NCBI GenBank assembly: GCA_902800355.1
Contig: CADCEE010000005.1
Coordinates: forward strand, 12,465-76,464
From: an uncultured Erysipelotrichaceae bacterium
GTDB lineage: Bacteria; Bacillota_I; Bacilli_A; RFN20; CAG-826
Length of the DNA stretch: 64,000 nucleotides
Direction of reading: 5' to 3'
The notes under the pieces are model-generated. The model did not search any database, was not told the origin of the DNA, and was given only the letters and a program-made list of their open reading frames with translations. Numbering within the stretch: the stretch's first letter is position 1; each line of letters opens with the position of its first letter. Below, piece after piece: positions 1-7,467 of this stretch. The position numbers and the translations under genes are program-made.

Positions 1-113
1 GGAATAGTTGTTCAGGTGCTTGAAGAAATCTTTAGAAATCTATTTAAAAAAGTAGAAGTACACGGATACGAGCAGTTAAACCTGTTCGATTTTAATTTTG
101 AGGAGGATGAATA

Positions 114-1589
114 ATGGCTTACGAGATTAATATTCACGTTGATAAAAGCGGAAAACTCGAGACAGATCAATTCCCTCTCGAATTATCCGTTTATAGGGAA
201 AGTAAAAGAGTAAAACTCTTATTCGATGTCGATGTCGAGATTGACTCTACTTACCATTACCTTAAATTTACACACAAAAATGCAACCTATTTATATAGAG
301 TCCATAACAACGAATTTGAGATTCCTAAAGCAATTACTGCCTATGAAGGTAGATGGGAAATGTCATTTGTTGCCTGTGATGAAGTCGCTAATAGTGACTC
401 AACAATTACAGCAAATTATATTTATGCATCCGAGCCTGTTGTTGCTGATGTTCTTAAAGGAAATTTAGGCATTATCCATACATCGGAAGAATTTACTTTA
501 TTGTCTCAACTAGTTGAAGGAACATTTGACCATTTTGAAATTCCTAATGGTTGTACTTACATCACTTCGTACTTCTTATCTCAAGCAAGTAACGAATTTG
601 CTGTTAGTGTTCCTTATACAGTTGTGACTATCGAGGATCACGCTTTCTACGAAAGTGGATGTACAAGAATTGATTTTGAAGAAGGCTCTCAATTAGCTTC
701 TTTGGAAGATTATGCCTTATATAGAATTCCTAATTTGGAAGACATCAATTTTCCATCATCTCTTTCAAGATGGGGCAACTACAACTTAAGTGGTTGTGGA
801 AGTGAATATGTCACCTTTGGTGCTAATTCAAATTTAAGAATCTTATCTTCCTATGCTTTTTGGAATGCTCCAAAACTCAAGAAGTTATATCTTCCTGATA
901 GATTACAGCAATTTTCAGGAGGTACTGCAGTAGTCAAGGGTTGTCCTTTATTAAATGAGATTTGGTTCCCTAACACAATTAATGTTCCAATCCCATTAGA
1001 AGCGATTCAAGACTGTCCTGTCTTAAGTAAGATTACATTGCAAAGTAACTTCAATGTTAACGCAAACTTTGGTAACTGTACTTCCTTAACTAGAGAATCA
1101 GTTATTCAGATGTTTAGAAACTTAAAAGACTTATCGAATGCTGCTTCAAAAGTTATCTCAATTCATCAAGCTGTCTATGACAGGCTAGAGGAAGAAGATA
1201 TCGACATTGCCACGAATAAGAACTGGACAATCGGTATTGTTGGTGGAGATAATCCATTAGCAGGTAAGTCATTCCATTATGAGAATAGTCAAATCTCGAT
1301 TGATTTAGAATTCTCTTACGGATTTGGCTGTATCTCAATTGATGCTAATGCAGTCAACTTCACATACGAATATTTATCTGACACTACATTTAAGATTGAT
1401 ATTTCAGGTGGAGATTATATCCCAAGTGCGTGGGGCAACTTTATGCCAGTCCCAGTCGGTGAAGTCATAAATGACACAGGCGTTATTACTTTCAGTAGTG
1501 GTGAAGCTTCTTCAGTGAAACTAAAAACTTATTCCAATAATAATGTTGGAACAAATAGAACATTCAATTTAGTGAGGGAGGGAGACTAG
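114..1589 (+). CDS. BspA-type leucine-rich repeat (LRR_5-like) protein encoded inside the phage head module
   Basis: AGGAGG 98-103 then ATG 114. Repeated ~22-25 aa units with a conserved L..L..I.FP..L..IG..AF..C..L pattern (e.g. ...YALYRIPNLEDINFPSSL..., ...LKKLYLPDRLQQFSGG..., ...LNEIWFPNTINVP...). Confidence 0.55.
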   Translation: MAYEINIHVDKSGKLETDQFPLELSVYRESKRVKLLFDVDVEIDSTYHYLKFTHKNATYLYRVHNNEFEIPKAITAYEGRWEMSFVACDEVANSDSTITANYIYASEPVVADVLKGNLGIIHTSEEFTLLSQLVEGTFDHFEIPNGCTYITSYFLSQASNEFAVSVPYTVVTIEDHAFYESGCTRIDFEEGSQLASLEDYALYRIPNLEDINFPSSLSRWGNYNLSGCGSEYVTFGANSNLRILSSYAFWNAPKLKKLYLPDRLQQFSGGTAVVKGCPLLNEIWFPNTINVPIPLEAIQDCPVLSKITLQSNFNVNANFGNCTSLTRESVIQMFRNLKDLSNAASKVISIHQAVYDRLEEEDIDIATNKNWTIGIVGGDNPLAGKSFHYENSQISIDLEFSYGFGCISIDANAVNFTYEYLSDTTFKIDISGGDYIPSAWGNFMPVPVGEVINDTGVITFSSGEASSVKLKTYSNNNVGTNRTFNLVREGD

Positions 1590-1599
1590 TATGGAAGTA

Positions 1600-1758
1600 G
1601 TCATTGAGAAAGGCAGAAAAGTCCTAAAAGCAAAAGATGGATATATCATTCAAAGTGTGACTGATGGCTCTATCTTAGGCAAAAAACTCATTCTAGGTAA
1701 AAAGGACTCCGAAATTCATTATCACGAGATTCCTATAGAAATCCCAAGCGAAGAATAA
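1600..1758 (+). CDS. Small hypothetical phage protein (52 aa)
   Basis: GGGAGGGAG RBS directly upstream of ATG 1600; fills the gap between the LRR gene and the portal gene; below the ORF-track length cutoff. Confidence 0.35.
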   Translation, partial: VIEKGRKVLKAKDGYIIQSVTDGSILGKKLILGKKDSEIHYHEIPIEIPSEE

Positions 1759-1771
1759 GGAGGTTTAATCG

Positions 1772-3028
1772 ATGGGTTTATTTGACATCTTTAAACGAAA
1801 AAAGAAAGTAGTAGTGCCCATTGATTATGACACTAGACTTTTTCAAACAACCCTAAACTTGTTCAGCGATTTTGGGGATAACATTAACGCTAGTGATGTG
1901 GTGAAAATCTGCATTGATAGAATCGCCACGCATTCAGCAAAGCTGAAACCACGATATGTGAAGACTCAAGATGATAAAACTGTCCTTGAGAAGAAAGGCA
2001 ATTTAGCCTATCTACTCAAATTTCAGCCTAATCCTATGATGACACCATATGATTTCATTTATCGAGTGGTCACATTACTCTATTTAAATAACAATGCGTT
2101 CATATACCCAGTGTATGATCCATTAACATATGACCTCTTAGAGTTATGGCCAATAAAACCTAATTCAGTTGAGGCATTAAAAGATGAAAGCGGAGAATTG
2201 TATCTCCGTTTTTATTTCACTGACAAGAAAGCATTCACGCTCCCATACGAATCCATTATTCATTTAAGAAGATTCTATGGAACAAACGATATCTTTGGTG
2301 GAAGCGGTGCTGTTAGCGACCATGCTGCTCTATTAAAAACCATTAAGATCAATGATTCGGTTTTGCAAGGGTTAGATAACGCTATTAAAACATCATTTCA
2401 AATCAAAGGTTTATTGAAAATAAACGGAATGCTTAACGAGAAGGATAAGCAAGCTCAAAAAGCTGAATTTGAGAAAGCACTCAAGGATTCGGTTGAGAGT
2501 GGAGGTTCTTCCATTGTTCCTGTTGACTTGAAAGCAGACTATGTTCCTCTTTCAGTTGATCCAAAACTAGTGGATAGTAACACGCTTACATTCCTTCAAA
2601 AGAAAATCATTACTTATTTTGGCGTTAGCGATGCCATCTACGATAACAAGTACAACGAAAATGAGTACAACGCCTTCTACGAAGGAGTTATTGAAGGAAT
2701 TGCCATCGCAATGTCTGAAGCATTTTCCAAAGCGTTATTAACAAGAAGTCAGTTGGAACATGGTGAACAAATCATCTTCTATTCCGAAAGACTTCAATAT
2801 GCTTCTTGGAACACTAAAGTCCAAGCTATCGAGAAATTGATGGGTCTTGGCATCCTCTCTTTAAATGAATCTAGAGCACTTCTAGGGTTCGAACCAATTG
2901 AGGGAGGCAATCGAAGACTTCAATCTCTCAACTATGTTGATGCAGATAAAGCCAACGATTATCAACTACAACCAATCATCTTACAACCTAAGAAAAAGGA
3001 GGATCCAAAAGATGGAGAAGGAAACTAG
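1772..3028 (+). CDS. Phage portal protein (HK97-like module)
   Basis: AAGGAGG 1757-1763 then ATG 1772. 418 aa, immediately upstream of the prohead protease and major capsid genes (conserved portal-protease-capsid synteny); 3' end overlaps the protease start. Confidence 0.6.
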   Translation: MGLFDIFKRKKKVVVPIDYDTRLFQTTLNLFSDFGDNINASDVVKICIDRIATHSAKLKPRYVKTQDDKTVLEKKGNLAYLLKFQPNPMMTPYDFIYRVVTLLYLNNNAFIYPVYDPLTYDLLELWPIKPNSVEALKDESGELYLRFYFTDKKAFTLPYESIIHLRRFYGTNDIFGGSGAVSDHAALLKTIKINDSVLQGLDNAIKTSFQIKGLLKINGMLNEKDKQAQKAEFEKALKDSVESGGSSIVPVDLKADYVPLSVDPKLVDSNTLTFLQKKIITYFGVSDAIYDNKYNENEYNAFYEGVIEGIAIAMSEAFSKALLTRSQLEHGEQIIFYSERLQYASWNTKVQAIEKLMGLGILSLNESRALLGFEPIEGGNRRLQSLNYVDADKANDYQLQPIILQPKKKEDPKDGEGN

Positions 3029-3614
3029 ATTCTCTTCAATCGAAACTAGAAGCGATGATGAGAACAAGAAAATGATTGTTGAAGGCTATGCAATTGTCTT
3101 TGATGAAGAAACCTTAATCGGTGATGAAGAGAGAGGATTCATCGAAGTGATTGATAAAGGTGCCTTGGCAAGTACCAATATGAAAGATGTGCCATTTAAG
3201 TACAATCACAACGATGTCACATTGATCTTAGCGAGAACTAGAAATGGTTCTCTTTCTTTAGAAGTCGATGAAAAAGGACTCAAAATTAGAGCAGAACTCA
3301 TCGATACAACCAGTAACGTGGATATCTATAAATCCATTGTTGCAGGGTTATTAGACAAGATGTCATTTGCTTTCACTGTTAAAAGTCAAAGCTGGGATAG
3401 AAGTGGAAAGATACCAAAAAGAACGATTACGGCAATTGATCGTCTCTTTGATGTATCCGTTGTTGATTTGCCTGCATACGACCAAACTTCCATCCAAGCA
3501 AGTGCTCGTTCTTTAGAGTTGGTGGAGACCGAACTAAAGGCATTGGATGATGCAGAGAACTTAGAACGTAGAAAAGTGATTGCCAAACGCATAAAAATCA
3601 AAACCAAAAATTAG
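3012..3614 (+). CDS. Prohead maturation protease (HK97 family, S78-like)
   Basis: AAGGAGGA 2995-3002 then ATG 3012 (MEKETRFSSIETRSDDENKKMIVEGYAIVFDEE...). The track start at 2898 is the same frame but lies inside the portal ORF. Size ~200 aa and position between portal and capsid. Confidence 0.6.
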   Translation: MEKETRFSSIETRSDDENKKMIVEGYAIVFDEETLIGDEERGFIEVIDKGALASTNMKDVPFKYNHNDVTLILARTRNGSLSLEVDEKGLKIRAELIDTTSNVDIYKSIVAGLLDKMSFAFTVKSQSWDRSGKIPKRTITAIDRLFDVSVVDLPAYDQTSIQASARSLELVETELKALDDAENLERRKVIAKRIKIKTKN

Positions 3615-3628
3615 GAGGAATTCATTTT

Positions 3629-4789
3629 ATGAATTTAGAATTACGTTTAAAGGAAATTAAGACCCGCCTTGAAGAAATTAGGGGTCTTGCTGAAACCGAA
3701 TCTGATGTCGAAAAACTTGAAGCTTTAGACAAAGAATCCGATGAATTAATCAATGAACGCAAAGCCATCGAAAAGAAACTCGCAATGAGAGGCAAATTCG
3801 ATGTCAAAGAAGTCATTGAAACTAAACACGAGAATAACGAAGAGCTCGAAGCACGTGGCAAAGCCTTAAAAGAAGGCAGAACTGTCACAATTGCTGCTGA
3901 TGGTGTTTTACTCCCTGAACACGTTGATGACAAAATCTCACCTGTTCCTTTCCGTGAAGTCTCTACTTTAGTAGAACAAGTTCACACCGTTAACTTAAAA
4001 GGTGGCGAAACCTACAAGAAATCTTTCGTTAAATCTCATGGCACTGGTGGTTTAACCGCTGAAGGTGATCCATACACAACTGCTGAACCTGAATTTGGTT
4101 ACTTAACCATCTCCAAGGTCAAAGTTACTGCTTATGCAGAAATTACCGAAGAGCTCGAAAAACTTCCTGCTGCTGATTACCAAGGTGAAGTTGTCAAAGG
4201 AGTCAACATCGCTTTAAGAAAGAAAATCTCCGAACAAATCTTACGCGGTGCGGGTACCACAAACACATTCAAGGGCATCTTCTCAGCTAACTGTGAAGCA
4301 CTTGCTGATGCAACTGACCTTGAAATTTCTGCTATCGATGAAAACACACTCGATGAAATCGTTTACGCCTATGGTGGTGATGAAGAAGTCGAAGGTGGCT
4401 GTGTCCTCATCCTCAATAAGAATGACTTACGTGCATTCGCTGGTTTAAGAACTAGAGAAGGTAGAAAAGTCCACACTGTTGACTACAAGGCCAAAACAAT
4501 CGATGGCATCCCATTCATCATCTCTTCACATTGCAAAGCAATCTCTGCATCTGCAACACAAGTTGGTGAATATGGTATGGCTTATGGTCCACTCGCTAAC
4601 TACGAAGTTCCAATCTTCAGTGGTGTTGAAGTAGCCAAATCCACTGATTACAAATTCAAAGATGGCATCATCTGCTACAAAGCATCAGTCTTCACTGGTG
4701 GTAACGTAGTTGGCTACAAAGGTTTCTTAAGAGTCAAGAAAGCCACTGCTCAAGAAGCAGAATCTGACGAAGAAGAAAACCATGACTAA
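3629..4789 (+). CDS. Major capsid protein (HK97-fold) with N-terminal coiled-coil delta/scaffold-like segment
   Basis: GGAGGAA RBS, 386 aa, N-terminal ~100 aa coiled-coil rich in E/K (LELRLKEIKTRLEEIRG...), follows the protease; hairpin GAAGG-CGAGC-CCTTC downstream at 4878-4892. Confidence 0.65.
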   Translation: MNLELRLKEIKTRLEEIRGLAETESDVEKLEALDKESDELINERKAIEKKLAMRGKFDVKEVIETKHENNEELEARGKALKEGRTVTIAADGVLLPEHVDDKISPVPFREVSTLVEQVHTVNLKGGETYKKSFVKSHGTGGLTAEGDPYTTAEPEFGYLTISKVKVTAYAEITEELEKLPAADYQGEVVKGVNIALRKKISEQILRGAGTTNTFKGIFSANCEALADATDLEISAIDENTLDEIVYAYGGDEEVEGGCVLILNKNDLRAFAGLRTREGRKVHTVDYKAKTIDGIPFIISSHCKAISASATQVGEYGMAYGPLANYEVPIFSGVEVAKSTDYKFKDGIICYKASVFTGGNVVGYKGFLRVKKATAQEAESDEEENHD

Positions 4790-4948
4790 TTAAGGTCGAA
4801 ACACGGAGGTCAGCTCGCTAACCTTGATAAGTCGCTAGTCGCAATATATATGAAACGAGAGATCAATAAATGTATATGAAGGCGAGCCCTTCCGTTTAAG
4901 AGTAATAGGAAGAATTTTAACGAATAGATAAAAGAGGAGGTGTCTAAA

Positions 4949-5260
4949 ATGTCGAGCGAAAACATGCTTAATTTGATGAAGAAAGCTTTGCTTATCCCTG
5001 CAACCGAAAACTACGCTGATGATGAAATATCCGTTCATATCGCCTCGTGCCGCCAGTTACTAATCACAACTGGAGTTCCTCGTGAAATCGCTGAATCGGA
5101 CGATCATCCTTTAGTGACAGCTCTTATTACCATATATGTGAAGACAAACTTCGGATTTAAAAGCGATGGGACAGTGAAAGAGCTTCCTAAGAGCTTTGAC
5201 GTCTTACTCAGGCAACTATGTTTACATAATCCTGAGGTTGATGGAGGTTCATCCTCGTGA
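4949..5260 (+). CDS. Head-tail connector (gp6-like) protein
   Basis: AGGAGG 4935-4940 then ATG 4949; ~104 aa; first gene after capsid in a head-tail joining cluster. Confidence 0.45.
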   Translation: MSSENMLNLMKKALLIPATENYADDEISVHIASCRQLLITTGVPREIAESDDHPLVTALITIYVKTNFGFKSDGTVKELPKSFDVLLRQLCLHNPEVDGGSSS

Positions 5261-5607
5261 TAGCGTACCCTAATTCCGGCAACATTTCCTTATTCCTATT
5301 ACGTGTTAAAACAGCTGAAGATGACTTGGGCAACCAAGGATATCGGTTGGTCGACTCCAAGGAGGTGGTAGGGATGATAAGCTCTATCACTTCTAAGGAA
5401 TTCTATTCATCAAAACAAACTCAAACGAAGGTGGACTTTAAGGTCTCCATTCAAGCGTTCATCTATGATGGAAGCAAATATATCTATATTCAAAGAGAAG
5501 ACAAAATATATGAGGTTCAACGTACCTATCAAAATGGTATGTGGATGGAATTATATGCATCTGAATCTTCTTTAAAGAAGGAGGATATTCAAAGATGGAA
5601 CCTATGA
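5257..5607 (+). CDS. Head closure / head-tail joining protein (hypothetical)
   Basis: GTG 5257 overlaps the upstream stop (GTGA). An alternative start at ATG 5374 has a strong AGGAGG 5360-5365. Small protein in the connector cluster. Confidence 0.35.
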   Translation: MIAYPNSGNISLFLLRVKTAEDDLGNQGYRLVDSKEVVGMISSITSKEFYSSKQTQTKVDFKVSIQAFIYDGSKYIYIQREDKIYEVQRTYQNGMWMELYASESSLKKEDIQRWNL

Positions 5608-5987
5608 CACCTGAAAAACTACCAGTTGAAATTGAACGTGCCGTTAGGGATTACACCAAAGATGTTGAATTAGCGATAGTTCAACGTTTGGACAAAACGG
5701 CAGATCAAATACTGGATTACATCAAATCAAACGCTCCAAAGAGAAGTCATTCAGGTGAGCACTTAGCGGATGCGTTTATTAAAGAATCCTATGGTGAGGG
5801 TGTAAATCAAACGATTGTTATATACTCAAAAACCAAAGGATCAATCGTTCATCTAATAGAACTTGGTTTTAGACATCGAAATGGAAAGATGGTCGCTGCT
5901 CGTCCGTTTATGAGACCTGCATACGATGAATTCGCTCCAAAGATGCTAGAGGATATTCAAAAGATTATCGAAAGGGGTGGTGAATAA
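5595..5987 (+). CDS. Phage head-tail joining protein (HK97 gp10-like size class)
   Basis: 130 aa, overlaps the previous ORF by 13 nt, RBS AAGGAGG 5578-5584. Confidence 0.4.
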   Translation: MEPMTPEKLPVEIERAVRDYTKDVELAIVQRLDKTADQILDYIKSNAPKRSHSGEHLADAFIKESYGEGVNQTIVIYSKTKGSIVHLIELGFRHRNGKMVAARPFMRPAYDEFAPKMLEDIQKIIERGGE

Positions 5988-6331
5988 TGCTTAAAAAACT
6001 TAGAGAAGTATTGCTTACAGTCCTTCCGACAGTTATTTACGCTCATATCGATTATGATAATGAGCAAAACGCTGATCCACCTTTGATTGTCTATCAAGAG
6101 ATTGGCAAAAGACCTCCTCAATTTGGAGATGATAAGCCAGTTTACTACGTAAGAACGATACAAATCACATTAATAACGAAGAAAAAAGATGAAGCCCTAG
6201 AAGAGAAACTCGAAAGAGCATTGCTCAACAAAGACTACATCTTTTCTTTAACAACGGAGTTTAGAAACTCTGATGGCTCTATAAGTAGAGTCTATGAAAT
6301 TAGGCTGGAGGAATTTAAATATGCCAAATAA
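5987..6331 (+). CDS. Tail completion / tail terminator-like protein (hypothetical)
   Basis: 114 aa; start overlaps the upstream stop (ATAATG); immediately precedes the major tail protein. Confidence 0.35.
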   Translation: MLKKLREVLLTVLPTVIYAHIDYDNEQNADPPLIVYQEIGKRPPQFGDDKPVYYVRTIQITLITKKKDEALEEKLERALLNKDYIFSLTTEFRNSDGSISRVYEIRLEEFKYAK

Positions 6332-6902
6332 CAAAATTACATTCGGTTTACGAAATGTTCATTACGCCATTGCCAATCAAGATAACAATGGTAACTGGAG
6401 CTTTGATACTCCAGTCGCTCTACAAGGAGCACAAGAATTCTCAAGTGAAGTAGTGGGTGGTAGCACCAATGTCTACGCAGATGATACCTTGTATGCATCT
6501 TTAGTACAAAACGCTGGTAGAACATTAACTCTTAAATTCACTGAAATCCCTGATGAATTCAAAACAGCAGTCCTTGGATACAAGAGACTTGCCAATGGTA
6601 ACTTAGTGGAAATCGCTAATGCACCTGTTGTCACATTTGCTCTTGGTTTCGAGTTCCAAGGCGATGCTAAAGCAAGAAGAGTTTGGTACTACTTATGTAG
6701 TGTTACTCCAATTGCAGAAGCAACCAAATCCAAAGCGGATTCAATTGAAGCAAATAGTGTTACTCTCAACATTACTGCTAGACCAATCGAAGTTGGCGAT
6801 GATTTAATCACCAATTGCGTGTCTGCTAAAGGCGATAGTAACTACACTAACTTCTTAACAACCGCACCTGTGATTCCTGAAATCCCTGCATCTAATCCAT
6901 AG
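6321..6902 (+). CDS. Major tail protein
   Basis: GGAGG 6306-6310 then ATG 6321 (MPNNKITFGLRNVHYAI...). ~193 aa, immediately upstream of the G/GT chaperone pair and tape measure. Confidence 0.55.
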   Translation: MPNNKITFGLRNVHYAIANQDNNGNWSFDTPVALQGAQEFSSEVVGGSTNVYADDTLYASLVQNAGRTLTLKFTEIPDEFKTAVLGYKRLANGNLVEIANAPVVTFALGFEFQGDAKARRVWYYLCSVTPIAEATKSKADSIEANSVTLNITARPIEVGDDLITNCVSAKGDSNYTNFLTTAPVIPEIPASNP

Positions 6903-6913
6903 GAGTGAGAATC

Positions 6914-7270
6914 ATGGAACGTACAGTTAAACTTAATGGGAAGGAACTAAGATTAGCTTCTTCCCTTTTTACTATTATTTCCTATAGGAATGTTTTCGGA
7001 ACTGAACTATTTGATGATGTCGAAAAGTTAGATAAAGCAATGCAAACAAATAAGAACGATGTCGGTAGATTTATCGATGTCCTTTTTAGATTAATCTACG
7101 TGCTTCATAAACCTTTCTATGCTGATTCATACGATCACTTTCTTCAATCTTTCGACTTCAGTGTTCTTTCTAACGTGGAAGAATTAACAGTTTTGGCGAA
7201 TACGATTGGTGAACTTCTTGGTGAAGTGAAGAAACAATCTAATGGAACTGATTTAGCCCCAAAACAATAA
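6914..7270 (+). CDS. Tail assembly chaperone (gpG-like), 0-frame product
   Basis: AGGAG 6900-6904 then ATG 6914; ends TAA 7268-7270; directly followed by an open -1 frame extending to 7456. Confidence 0.6.
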   Translation: MERTVKLNGKELRLASSLFTIISYRNVFGTELFDDVEKLDKAMQTNKNDVGRFIDVLFRLIYVLHKPFYADSYDHFLQSFDFSVLSNVEELTVLANTIGELLGEVKKQSNGTDLAPKQ

Positions 7271-7456
7271 AGCCAGGGGAGAACATCACGGCAAACATTA
7301 TTTTTAACCTGGCTCAATTAGGAATACCGATTCGTGATGCGGAATTCTTTGATATTAGGACTTACCTTGACATAGTCAAATTACAAAAATCCATCTATGA
7401 AGAAGGTGGTTCTAAACAAGCGACTCAAGCAGATATTGATGCTTTTTTAGGGTAGG
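7258..7456 (+). other. Programmed -1 ribosomal frameshift site (CCCAAAA at 7258-7264) and GT extension of the tail chaperone
   Basis: Heptamer C.CCA.AAA fits X_XXY_YYZ in the G frame 3 codons before its stop. The -1 frame is open from 7261 to TAG 7454-7456 (KTIKPGENITANIIFNLAQLGIPIRDAEFFDIRTYLDIVKLQKSIYEEGGSKQATQADIDAFLG). Confidence 0.65.
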
Positions 7457-7467
7457 AGGTGAGAGAA

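Noticed and set aside
2898-3614. Track start at 2898 for the prohead protease ORF
   Set aside because: That extension runs through the 3' end of the portal gene in another frame and has no RBS. ATG 3012 is preceded by AAGGAGGA at the right spacing.
3622-3933. Antisense ORFs from the track lying inside well-supported genes (3622-3933 -, 3386-3607 -, 7662-7961 -, 8538-8741 -, 9120-9542 -, 40264-40587 +, 40341-40577 -, 52111-52596 -, 62287-62649 +, and others)
   Set aside because: Each lies entirely within a longer ORF that has clear family motifs and RBSs. Their compositions are low-complexity mirror images of the sense strand (e.g. Ser/Leu-rich), typical shadow ORFs in AT-rich DNA.
4790-4948. 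GC-richer intergenic stretch after the capsid gene as a possible small RNA
   Set aside because: It contains a simple GAAGG-CGAGC-CCTTC hairpin consistent with a capsid-transcript terminator/stabiliser and the RBS of the next gene. Nothing further is supported.
6905-7456. Chaperone and downstream extension as one continuous ORF or two independent genes
   Set aside because: A TAA at 7268-7270 interrupts the 0 frame, and the downstream coding potential is in the -1 frame with no start codon/RBS of its own. A frameshift at CCCAAAA is the consistent explanation.
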